From the sequence record NC_061449.1: a stretch of DNA of 64,000 nt. One strand, given 5' to 3'. Positions 9,475 to 19,000 of the stretch are shown one piece after another (position 1 is the first letter of the stretch; each line of letters starts with the position of its first letter). The notes below the pieces were generated by a model. The model was not told the DNA's origin, did not search any database, and saw only the letters and a program-made list of their open reading frames with translations. The position numbers were made by a program, and so were the translations under genes.

Positions 9475-10060
9475 GGCACATAAACAAGCGAAGCGCGGCA
9501 AGCTCGCTCAAGCAGTGAAGACAATCAGTGCTGCTGCTGCTAAATCTCGACGTATGACTAAAGGTGAGAAACGCGCAATTCAGTTGCAGCCGTTCAAACC
9601 CCAAGTTGTGCCTCAGCCACCGAAAACTCCTCTGATGGAAAAGGGTATGTCGCTTACTGCGCTGATGCGCTCGACTCCCCGCCTGATGAAAGAGAACGCG
9701 ATGGAGTGTTACGTTAACGGTGTCAAACGCGGTAAGACTAACAAAGGTCTGCCGATGATTATGGCAAACGTTCGACACAAAGACCCACTGCGCCCTAATA
9801 AAACAGTGCGCATTCACAAGCCGATGATTATCGGTCTGGATGACCCGTACAAGCCTATTTCAAAACAAAAGCGTGTGCTGGTCAGTTGTCCGTGTGAGAA
9901 CTATGTTTTCATGTGGGAATATGCGAACGCCGAACACGGCTGTGCGCGAATTATTTACGGCAACGGTGAGCCACCTGACTTCACTAACCCAGGACACGCA
10001 CCTGGCTTGTGTAAGCACCTGATGGCCTTAGCCGATCAAGTCAAACGTAACGGAGATTAA
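9404..10060 (+). CDS. basic protein with SWIM-type zinc finger
   Basis: VLVSCPCENY...GLCKHL (CxC...CxH); GGAG RBS before ATG 9404. Confidence 0.7.
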   Translation: MAYKSLAKKPKKSKAAKEADTRNKAHKQAKRGKLAQAVKTISAAAAKSRRMTKGEKRAIQLQPFKPQVVPQPPKTPLMEKGMSLTALMRSTPRLMKENAMECYVNGVKRGKTNKGLPMIMANVRHKDPLRPNKTVRIHKPMIIGLDDPYKPISKQKRVLVSCPCENYVFMWEYANAEHGCARIIYGNGEPPDFTNPGHAPGLCKHLMALADQVKRNGD

Positions 10061-10065
10061 TCTCG

Positions 10066-10347
10066 ATGTTCTTTAAAAATCCTGCGATGGGTGTTGTGCC
10101 CAGCCAGCCAATCATTCACTCGATTACAGAGATGCACCGCCGTGTTGCAGAACTGAATGGTGAACTGATCGCTGCTGGTTGTACTGTGGTTGAGAACTGC
10201 GGTGAGATGTTGATTGAAGTACCTGCAGGTGCGTCTGCTGTTGTAGACGAAATCATGCAGCGTCATGTTGACATGTTCGCAGGTCCTATCATTAGCGCAC
10301 CTGCAAGTTTGCAAGTCGGAGGCGAGGATGCAGAAGCAGAAGTTTAA
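10066..10347 (+). CDS. hypothetical protein, 93 aa
   Basis: GGAG RBS; part of an operon. Confidence 0.7.
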   Translation: MFFKNPAMGVVPSQPIIHSITEMHRRVAELNGELIAAGCTVVENCGEMLIEVPAGASAVVDEIMQRHVDMFAGPIISAPASLQVGGEDAEAEV

Positions 10348-10762
10348 TCCGAACGAACCGTACTCAGTATCATTGAGTTTCGGTCCTCATATCGTCCACG
10401 GTCACGCAGAAGAAAGCGCATTCGGTCAGGTCATGCAGAACATGTTGCTGCGTGAAATCAGCAAGACCTGTAAAGAGTCGTTTGACGCAATGGCTGCAAC
10501 ACCTGTAGGCATTCAACCCACGTTCGAATGTGAGGAGAATGACGCCAGTTCGATTCTGCGCTGCGTCGAACAGTGGCACAAGCTGATTGCCGACCAACCG
10601 CCTGTGCGAGAGTTTGAGCCGTGTTCTATCCCTGACTGGATGCGACCTAGCCTTAGCTCTCAGGGCATGACTGATGATCAGATCGATAAGATCATTATCA
10701 CTGGCATTGAACCTTCTGTGGTTGATATGCCCGGCGTCGTGTTGAGAACGGTGAGTGCCTAA
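10328..10762 (+). CDS. hypothetical protein
   Basis: GGAGG before ATG 10328; stop overlaps the next start. Confidence 0.65.
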   Translation: MQKQKFNPNEPYSVSLSFGPHIVHGHAEESAFGQVMQNMLLREISKTCKESFDAMAATPVGIQPTFECEENDASSILRCVEQWHKLIADQPPVREFEPCSIPDWMRPSLSSQGMTDDQIDKIIITGIEPSVVDMPGVVLRTVSA

Positions 10763-10977
10763 TGGCATGTGCCGGTTGTGGACGTCGTAGCTCTCGAATC
10801 AGCTACAACGCCAGCTCTGCTCCTCAACTCGAAATCGAAGAGGACGATACGTTAAGCGCTGCGCGTTTAACTCCGATGGGTTGGGTACGCACCTGCGTCA
10901 AATGCGGGAAAGTATCTGAACCTTCACCATTTGCAGAAAACATCAATAAGCCCTGTGACTGCACATTAGACGAGTGA
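10762..10977 (+). CDS. small Cys-rich (Zn-ribbon-like) protein, 71 aa
   Basis: CAGC, CVKC and CDC motifs; TAATG coupling. Confidence 0.65.
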   Translation: MACAGCGRRSSRISYNASSAPQLEIEEDDTLSAARLTPMGWVRTCVKCGKVSEPSPFAENINKPCDCTLDE

Positions 10978-12203
10978 TCATGATGAACAATCTCGTTGGC
11001 CTTGTGGCCGCACTGGACCATTGCCGCTTCTATGCGGAGAACATGGTTCACATTCAATTCGGCAGTTCTCTCTGTGCGGTGCCTCCTGCTGCGCCGTACA
11101 ATCAACCTATCAATGAGCGTAGGCTGCACTCGTTAGCTGAAAGCATTGAACTGGCTTTCGACAATGCGATCAGTCGCACTGATTTGGAGTTTCCGATTCA
11201 GGGCATTCTCTATCGCTTTCGTTCTATCTTCGGCTACTATGTTTCGCAGTGCCGCGAAGACATAGCAAGAGGCAGACCTTACACATCACCTCGGGGAACT
11301 CCAGTACCTGCTGTGCCTGAGCGACTTGCTGGCGAGCATGAGAAAGAGTTCGCCTCGCGTTTCCTCAAGTACACGTCTGATCAAGTGAGCGCGTTCCTGT
11401 ACATGGTCTGTCTTGATCAGTACGCGCGTGAGCAAACGGATATGTGGCTGCCTGACCCGGCACCGGCATTCGATTTGCCGAAAGACATTCACAGCGACAA
11501 CCCTATCGCGTTCACGACCATGCACAATGTTTTGATCAATCATTTGATGGAAGCGATGTTGCAGACGCATAGCGACACGCTGGACATTCATGTGTCGTTG
11601 CGTGACTACGGGCTGACTGTTCTGTTTCCGCTGGTGGCTGAGTGCCGTAATGTTATTTACGCTGCGTGGCCTGTAATGCGTGGGAGTTTCCGCAAGCCTC
11701 GTTTCATGGGTTGCGGTGAGCATATCGAGATTCCTGACATGGAAGACGATAGCTGTGAGGAAGATTTCGAACCAATCCCTGAGATGGGTCCTATGTTCGA
11801 GAATCAGGCGAAGTGGGAAGACATTGCGAAAAGTGTTGCTGCTGGTCTAGGCCTTACAGCTTCCACCGACGACAGTGATTCTGGTTTTGAACTGATTCCG
11901 GATATCTACGCAAGCGCTGACGACTTTATGTACCGCAGCATATATCGTTACACTGAAAAGTATGTCTTCGATATTGCATTCGTTCCTGCTGACGCGTATC
12001 CTGATATGCGTCACATTCAGGCGCTTCATGAAGCTATGGAGCGTATTCAGAAACACGCGCTTGATTTTAATTGTCACACCATCACGCGTCTTGTTGGGTA
12101 TAACGGAGAGTTGAAGACCATGCTGATTCGTGTGCAGCGCAACGTGGACTTCCCGGCCCAGGATTTCGTTATTGAAAATTTACTTGGAGCATTAAATGTC
12201 TGA
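10974..12203 (+). CDS. hypothetical protein, 409 aa
   Basis: Long ORF coupled to both neighbours. Confidence 0.8.
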   Translation: MIMMNNLVGLVAALDHCRFYAENMVHIQFGSSLCAVPPAAPYNQPINERRLHSLAESIELAFDNAISRTDLEFPIQGILYRFRSIFGYYVSQCREDIARGRPYTSPRGTPVPAVPERLAGEHEKEFASRFLKYTSDQVSAFLYMVCLDQYAREQTDMWLPDPAPAFDLPKDIHSDNPIAFTTMHNVLINHLMEAMLQTHSDTLDIHVSLRDYGLTVLFPLVAECRNVIYAAWPVMRGSFRKPRFMGCGEHIEIPDMEDDSCEEDFEPIPEMGPMFENQAKWEDIAKSVAAGLGLTASTDDSDSGFELIPDIYASADDFMYRSIYRYTEKYVFDIAFVPADAYPDMRHIQALHEAMERIQKHALDFNCHTITRLVGYNGELKTMLIRVQRNVDFPAQDFVIENLLGALNV

Positions 12204-12729
12204 TGTTATTCTGTTCGACAAACAAAATGAGTGGGAAGACTTCGGCAGCGCGGTCTACGAAGAATTTGGTCTGAACGTAATGACCGGCAGTAGCAGTGCT
12301 AGTCAGATTCCTACAGTCGCACCGTTCGAAGATGTGAAGCACCAACTCAGCTACTCGAACATTCTGCCTGAAGGTGAGCAATCACCTATCGTTGTGCTGG
12401 ATATTCTGGTCATGGAAGTTGAGCTGGCCGAAGGTGAATCCAGCAAATACAATGCAGACGGTCTTGACGAAGCTGTGCGTAAAGTTGTGGCACTGTATCA
12501 GGCTCGCGCTCGTGATCTCGACTGCCACCTGACAGGTAACTTCATTACAGCAGACCACAAAGTCAATGGTGCGCTGTTGCGTATCTATCGCAATCAGGAT
12601 TTCGTGTGTAAGGGCCACCCTGAATTGCTGCATGGCAAACCGCTCGGCATGTTCCACTGCGACAAATGCGGTGAGATGCAAATGGCCGGTGCATTCCACT
12701 TACCTAAAGAGGAAACTCAACATGGTTAA
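12196..12729 (+). CDS. hypothetical protein with C-terminal CxxC/His zinc motif
   Basis: CKGH...FHCDKCGEMQMAG..H; GGAG RBS. Confidence 0.7.
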   Translation: MSDVILFDKQNEWEDFGSAVYEEFGLNVMTGSSSASQIPTVAPFEDVKHQLSYSNILPEGEQSPIVVLDILVMEVELAEGESSKYNADGLDEAVRKVVALYQARARDLDCHLTGNFITADHKVNGALLRIYRNQDFVCKGHPELLHGKPLGMFHCDKCGEMQMAGAFHLPKEETQHG

Positions 12730-13189
12730 AGGTGGTCTGTGGCGCGTCTTCCCTGATTATGATTCAGAGGAGATGCTGCTGAAACTCGGTGCTGCCATAG
12801 GCATCGACCGTGACAGCGACGACGTGCCTGATGAACTACACGTTACGCTGGCGTATGACGAATCGAACCCTGACGTTAAAGCAGAGCTAAACGATGCTGG
12901 CGAGTTCTTCGCTACCGTCGCTTCTGCTGAACTGTTCGGCGAAGGTCAAGATAAGATTCTGGTGCTCGTACTTGAATCGCCTGACCTGCAACAGGAACAC
13001 GCTCGCATCCACGCATGTGGTGCTGCTAAGTTCTTGCACACGCCGTACAGACCGCACGTCACGCTACTCAAACACGCGAAAGACAGTCAGGCTGAATATC
13101 TCAATCAGATCATTCAGCACCCAGGCCGTCCTCCAATCACTCTGCGCTTCATCGAAGAAGATCGCAAGGTGCTGGAGAAGCGTAGCTAA
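12722..13189 (+). CDS. acb1: 2H phosphoesterase, Acb1 (T4 gp57B)-like anti-CBASS nuclease
   Basis: Two HxT motifs (ELHVTLAY, YRPHVTL) with an LVLVLES segment, spaced as in T4 57B/Acb1; GAGGA RBS. Confidence 0.75.
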   Translation: MVKGGLWRVFPDYDSEEMLLKLGAAIGIDRDSDDVPDELHVTLAYDESNPDVKAELNDAGEFFATVASAELFGEGQDKILVLVLESPDLQQEHARIHACGAAKFLHTPYRPHVTLLKHAKDSQAEYLNQIIQHPGRPPITLRFIEEDRKVLEKRS

Positions 13190-13240
13190 ATCCCAGCGGT
13201 GGCCCTGTGCTGCCGCTTTTGTCGTTCTGGAGAAATTTCT

Positions 13241-13558
13241 ATGGAAATTCTTGTAAGCCTTTCACATGAAATTCGTGTTGACCGTCAGGATGCACCTGAA
13301 AAACCGGTACCCCTTGATGGCCAGCAACGTGCGCTTGAACTACAGGAACAACGTCGCATTGCAGACGAGTACGGCATCGACACACCTAAGGAAGAGATTG
13401 AAGAAAAAGAGAAGGACCGCATCAAGCGTGAAGAAGAAGCTGCTGCCGAGAAGAAGATTAAGCCACCAGCAGACTTAGGACAGCGTAAGCCCGACGAAGA
13501 CAAAAATCTTACAGCCACTGATATTCAAAATCAGCACGATCTCCTTACAAAGATCTAG
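13241..13558 (+). CDS. charged hypothetical protein starting MEILVSLS
   Basis: GGAG RBS before ATG 13241. Confidence 0.7.
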   Translation: MEILVSLSHEIRVDRQDAPEKPVPLDGQQRALELQEQRRIADEYGIDTPKEEIEEKEKDRIKREEEAAAEKKIKPPADLGQRKPDEDKNLTATDIQNQHDLLTKI

Positions 13559-13562
13559 GATT

Positions 13563-13571
13563 CTGTAAATA
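13563..13571 (+). promoter_or_regulatory. CTGTAAATA candidate phage-sigma promoter for the sigma gene
   Basis: Intergenic, 33 nt before ATG 13604. Confidence 0.5.
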
Positions 13572-13603
13572 AGAGTCAAAGCAACTAACAGGTGTATTTG
13601 ACC

Positions 13604-14641
13604 ATGAACAATAAGTCGAATCTCACAGGCGGTCAGATAGAAAGCGTCATGGACACAATGCTTCATGACTGCCTCCGTGAGATTGTTGAGAACACCGACG
13701 TATTCGATGTGCAACTGACCTATCTGTTGAACATGATTACCTCGAATAAGAAGCGCAAGCCGTACAACGCAGAAACGCGTGACCGTGCAATCAGCCTTCT
13801 GATTAAAGCGCTCTCTGTGCCTCGCGATCAGAAAATGATTTATATTCAGGAACTCAAAATGGAGCGCAACTTCATTTACGTCTTCCTGGAAAATGTAATT
13901 AAACGGTACTACACGACATACGTTGAATTGTATCGGGCATTCGTCAGTACGCAAGATCCGATTCGACGTGAAGCGTACTCGAAGCGCCTGAACGTGTATG
14001 TGAAGATGTTTGGTGCAGAGTCTCGCTCTAAGCTATTCGTCGCGCTGTGCCGCTTGAATGATTTGCTGCCGCAGTTCATGGAATACTTCCACTCGGTGGT
14101 GGCTGACTTCTATAGACTATGCAGCAAGCAAACAAAGTTTTATGTTGATACAAACCGCGGCAAGCTGTATGACAGCAAAGACGTGCGCCAGAACTTCTTG
14201 CGTAACGTTATCGTGGCGATCAACAAGTATGACTCGTCGCGTGGTGCGATTGTGAGTTATACGAAGTGGTGGATCTTGAATGCCCAAACCTGTAGTAGTA
14301 GCGAGCATGAATATGGCATCGCGTATACTATTCCCCAGACTCAACGTAAGAAACTGGCGACAGGTGAAGATACCACTTCTCTGAATTTCTCGGTAAGTCT
14401 TGATACTCCTGCGAACGAATCTGATGAAGGTGCGGACGCGTCCCTACATCAAAAAGTGAGTGACCATCATCACTTAGAAGATCACGTAGATAGTGAAAGA
14501 CGTACTGAAAAACTGAGACTGCTTATTAAGCGCGTAGACCCACTCGGCGTTGCACGATTGACGATGGATGTGGGTGAGGAGTTCGATAAGTTCGAACTTG
14601 ATCTGATGCGCAAACATATGCAGGCTCAAGGGCTAGCCTAA
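13604..14641 (+). CDS. phage-encoded sigma70-family RNA polymerase sigma factor
   Basis: Region 2-like VRQNFLRNVIVAINKYDSSRGAIVSYTKWWI; region 3.2-like SVSLDTPANESDEGADASL; no clear region-4 HTH; start 13592 or 13604. Confidence 0.7.
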   Translation: MNNKSNLTGGQIESVMDTMLHDCLREIVENTDVFDVQLTYLLNMITSNKKRKPYNAETRDRAISLLIKALSVPRDQKMIYIQELKMERNFIYVFLENVIKRYYTTYVELYRAFVSTQDPIRREAYSKRLNVYVKMFGAESRSKLFVALCRLNDLLPQFMEYFHSVVADFYRLCSKQTKFYVDTNRGKLYDSKDVRQNFLRNVIVAINKYDSSRGAIVSYTKWWILNAQTCSSSEHEYGIAYTIPQTQRKKLATGEDTTSLNFSVSLDTPANESDEGADASLHQKVSDHHHLEDHVDSERRTEKLRLLIKRVDPLGVARLTMDVGEEFDKFELDLMRKHMQAQGLA

Positions 14642-14643
14642 AA

Positions 14644-14652
14644 CTGTAAACA
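14644..14652 (+). promoter_or_regulatory. CTGTAAACA variant promoter for the SSB-recA operon
   Basis: Intergenic, 38 nt before ATG 14690. Confidence 0.45.
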
Positions 14653-14689
14653 GTGATCACATAAGCACACTCAATATTGAGGAACAACA

Positions 14690-15952
14690 ATGGCACGTGG
14701 ATTTGGTGACATTCAAGATAACAGCAAACGCGATAGTTTGCGTGAATCGGAAATCTTTGAGATCTTCCCTCTTTCGAAGAAAGCAAACGGCAACTGGGTT
14801 TCAATTCGTCTGCTGAATCTTGACCTGCTTCCTATCAAGAAGCACTGGATCAAGATCATGGGCGGGAAAGATAAAGACAAAGAGATCAAAATCCCGCGCA
14901 TGTGCGTTAGCTTCGACCCGGACAATCAGAACAAACCTCTGAACGGGATGAAGTGTCCGTACTGTGGCATCGCTCACGGTAACGACGAATCTGGTGCGCC
15001 AGCGCAGTACGACTATAAGTGGTATGCGCAAGCGATCATTCGTGACGAGCAAGCTGCTGCGCCGCGTAAAATGCCGAAGCTCACTAAGAATGAGCAGAAG
15101 ACCGGCAAGAAAGAAATGGGCAGTGAGTCTTGGACTCCTGTTATGTGTATTCCTTTGTCGAACTCTCTGGCTGGCAAAATCCGAGAACTGGGTGAACGTA
15201 ACATCCACACAGTCAAAGATAAGAAGTCCGGCAAGAAGTCGAAGCAAGCGTTCCAGGTCAATGACGACAAGTACGGTTGTGATATTGAAATCAAATACAA
15301 CCCGAAAAAATCTCCGGCAGAGCGTTACACCATTGAACGCGGCGATCACACTCCGTTGACGAAAGAAGAAAAGGGTTATCTGACCTGGGACTTCGACAAC
15401 TGGAACGAAATCTACGACATGCTCGGTCGTCTTGATGAAGCTGCTGCTTTGGCTGACTTCAAGAAGATGGACGTTATCGGCGTTAACACCAACGATGATG
15501 ACGGTGATGACGACGAAGACGGCGATGATGATATGTCTCTCGGCCGCAAAAATAAAGGCAGCAAAGCAGACAAGAAAAAACGTCGTAGCGATGACGACGA
15601 TGATGACGACGAGGACGAAGATGACGATGAAGATGATCGTCGCAAGTCCAAGAAGTCAAAAGCGTCCAAGTCTCGTAAGCTGTTAGACGATGACGACGAT
15701 GATGACGACGAAGACGATGAAGATGATCGTCCGTCCAAGAAAAAGAAATCTTCGAAGGACAAAAAGTCCTCGAAGGTTAAGTCTAAGAAGTCCAAGAAGT
15801 CAGATGATGACGACGAAGACGACGCACCTAAGAAGAAGAAGAAAAAGAAATCTTCTGACAAAGTGAAATCATCCGATAAGAAGAAAAAGAAAAAGTCTTC
15901 TGATGACGATGACGACGACGCTCCGAAGAAGAAGAAAAAGAAAAAGAAGTAA
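14690..15952 (+). CDS. T4 gp32-like single-stranded DNA-binding protein with long alternating poly-Asp/poly-Lys tail
   Basis: IRLL...HW...C...CPYC pattern; position directly upstream of recA/uvsX; tail composition seen directly. Confidence 0.6.
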   Translation: MARGFGDIQDNSKRDSLRESEIFEIFPLSKKANGNWVSIRLLNLDLLPIKKHWIKIMGGKDKDKEIKIPRMCVSFDPDNQNKPLNGMKCPYCGIAHGNDESGAPAQYDYKWYAQAIIRDEQAAAPRKMPKLTKNEQKTGKKEMGSESWTPVMCIPLSNSLAGKIRELGERNIHTVKDKKSGKKSKQAFQVNDDKYGCDIEIKYNPKKSPAERYTIERGDHTPLTKEEKGYLTWDFDNWNEIYDMLGRLDEAAALADFKKMDVIGVNTNDDDGDDDEDGDDDMSLGRKNKGSKADKKKRRSDDDDDDDEDEDDDEDDRRKSKKSKASKSRKLLDDDDDDDDEDDEDDRPSKKKKSSKDKKSSKVKSKKSKKSDDDDEDDAPKKKKKKKSSDKVKSSDKKKKKKSSDDDDDDAPKKKKKKKK

Positions 15953-15960
15953 TCTGAAAC

Positions 15961-15987
15961 AGGGTGGCTAACGCCGCCCTTTCTTCT
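15961..15987 (+). terminator. intrinsic terminator
   Basis: AGGGTGGC-TAAC-GCCGCCCT followed by TTCTTCT. Confidence 0.65.
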
Positions 15988-16009
15988 CTCTAATCTGGAC
16001 TATCCAACA

Positions 16010-19000
16010 ATGGCAAAAACGAACAACAAGGCTGAGAAAAAAGCTGAGAAGAAAGCTAAAGTCAAAGCCTCTAAGTCGAAGGACAAAGCAGTCGCCTCTG
16101 ATGATATCGGTGGCGTTGAAGTATTAGGCTTTGACCTCGGCAGCATGATGGATGACGTGCTCGACGGCATCGAAAAGAAAACGAAAGTAAGTTCTGCCGA
16201 TGCAGCACGACACGCACCTCGCATCTCTACTGGTGTGCTCGCGCTTGATATGTACCTTGACGGCGGTATCGTACCTGGCGGTTGGTACACGTTCAGCGGC
16301 GGTGAGCAGTCGTGTAAGTCAACCATGACCATGAGTATCATGGCGAGTCTGATTCGTCTGAAATACTCTGGCATTAGCGTAGTGTTCGACTACGAAGGTT
16401 CGACAGATGCTGAATACGTTGCTGGTCAGCTCAAAACGTTCGGTGTTAAAGTCGATCCGAAAACAATCTTCGGTGTGCGTGACGAAGACGGCTCGTGGAT
16501 TATCAAGCCTAAGATTCGTTACTATGCACCAGACAATGGTGAGCGCTTCTTCGATTATATGTCGATGCTGCGTCGTCGTCTGCCTGACAAGATCGTAGAG
16601 AAAGACGGCTCTGCGTATTACCTCTTTGAGAACAACAAAGAGAACGCGAAGAAGCTGGCTGGTAAGTACGACAAGAAGTGGTTCAGTCGTAACAACCAAT
16701 TCAAAGTTCCTGCTGCTGATGGCCACATGCAAGCGGCTGTTATCGTTGACTCCTATCCGGCAATGCTGCCTGATCAGGTAGATGACGATGACGGTTCAAA
16801 AGCAATGGCACTGCAAGCGCGTATGTTCTCTGACGGCATCAAACGTTTCCGTGGTGGTATGCGTCGTAAGATGATGACCATCGTTGGCGTTAACCAGTTG
16901 CGTCAGAAGCCTGCTGTAATGTTCGGCTGTTTACATGGAAAGACGCTGGTACCATTCGTTGACGGTCGTGTTCTCCGCATGAAAGATATTGTGGATAATA
17001 AGATTGAAGGTGAAGTGTGGTCATACAACGAAGATAATCGTCAGATTGAACCGCGTCGCATTACTGCATGGCACCACAACGGCAACGTTGAAGATCAGTC
17101 GCATTGGATGCGCATTATCACCCAATGCCCTGAAACTGCTAACGGACAGGCTTCCGTCACGGTGACTCCTAACCATGAAATTCTGACTGACCGTGGTTGG
17201 AAACGTGCTGACGAGATCACAATGACTGACCGAGTTGTGTCGAAGTACACGTCAGTGCGTACTGGCTCCCTTGCTAAGTTCCTGAATGCTGTCGCTGTAG
17301 GCGATAGCTCGATGGTTGCGGATAGCCCGAACAGCGGCCTGTTGAAATTCCAGGATAACAACAACCCGGACTACGTTCTGTGGAAGATTGGTAAACTGGA
17401 AAATCACTTCGAGTTTGAATCCTATTCAGCTTCGCATGGCGGCGAGTGCTACATTGCTCGTGGTAGCGACTTTGTTGCTTACTCAAAGCAGGTGCCTGAG
17501 CGTGAGCCGTGGAAAGTTAAGTTTGATGACCTGTCGTTTGCTGTGTTCTACATGGACGACGGTACTCTGAAAACTGATCGCAAGAACGCCCTGTTTAGCA
17601 TCAAGCGCTTTAAAGGCGATACTGCCGCCCTTGATTCGATTCATGCGATGTTTGCCGAACATGGCTTTGCGGTTAACTACAATCCTGACGACGGCTGTTT
17701 CTGGATGAACTTGAATGAAAGTGATAGCTTCTTCCAGCGCATTCGTAAGTACGTGCCTGACTGTATGCAGTACAAACTGCCTGCTGAACATCAGGGCTTC
17801 TACGAAGAATTTGAACTCGAAGGTCAAGAGCATGTGCGTCCAGTTTACGTACCTGTGATCGGCATCGAGCCTGGTTCTAAGAAAGCATTCCAGATGAAGG
17901 GCAAGTACGATATTACTGTTGATAACAACCACAACTACATGGTTGGCAATTCGGCGAACGGAATCATCGTCCATAATAGTCCCGAATATGAGCCGGGCGG
18001 TGATGCGTTGAAGTTCTACTGCTTCGACCGCGACACTCTGATTCGTACTGACCACGGCGTGTTGACTGCACCGCAGATCAAAGAGCTGATGGAAGCTGGT
18101 ACCGAAGTTCGTGTTGAATCGTTCGACGGTTATCAGAAGATTCAGGGTGCGTGGAAAGTTGATGACGCTCCGTTCCCAATCGAAATGAATGCTGGTGGTC
18201 ACACATACATCGGCAGCGCAGAGCACCGTCAGTTCACGTTCATGTATGACTGGACAGCAGAAGGTATGATGGTTCTGCGTCCTGAGTGGAACACACTCGA
18301 CCAGCTTGCTAAGTGGCCTGATAAGAAGGGTCAGTATGCAGGTCTGCGTGTACCGCCAGTGAAAGAACTGAAACAGAACGTGCCTGATGCGTTCGACGAA
18401 GCGAGCCAGCTTGTTCGTAATCTTCTCGGTAACTGCGATCCGGTTAGTGTGCAACTGCCTCTGGTGACTGACGGCGATACTACCTACGCTGCAAACGTGC
18501 TGACCATTGATATGGTTGGCGAAAGCACTGACGTGTCTGACTTCTCGTTCTGGGCTAAGAAGCTGCTGGATATCGGTGTGTACGCATACGCTGACGAAAG
18601 CGGTCTGCACATGCCTGGCCTGAACAAGTACGAGCTGACGCAAGCCGTAGAGCAATACGCTGAGGGTGAGTTTGTGGGTCTGTCGTTTGAGGCCACCAGC
18701 CGTCAACGTCAAACGCAGATGCTGACTGTTATCGCTGATGTGTTCCCTGAACTGACTCGCTATGTTCTGGACTATCAGTTGCAGACAGGTGATGATAAAA
18801 TCTATCTTGCACCTGAGCAGGACTTCGCACAGGCTCTCGACCTGATTCTGCATAAGCAGATTGAAGGCTACGATGACATGTACGACCTGCTGATGACTCA
18901 GCTTGCCTACGTTGAAGACTGGTTCAACTTCGACAACTCGATTCTGCCTGTGCCGTTCACTCTGAAAGCTCTCGACAAGCCTGTTGAGTTCTGGGACGTG

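Noticed and set aside
16292-16324. Walker A GGEQSCKST (Cys in place of Gly) as an inactivating mutation
   Set aside because: T4 UvsX also has a non-Gly residue at this position (GPSKSFKS), so this is within known family variation.
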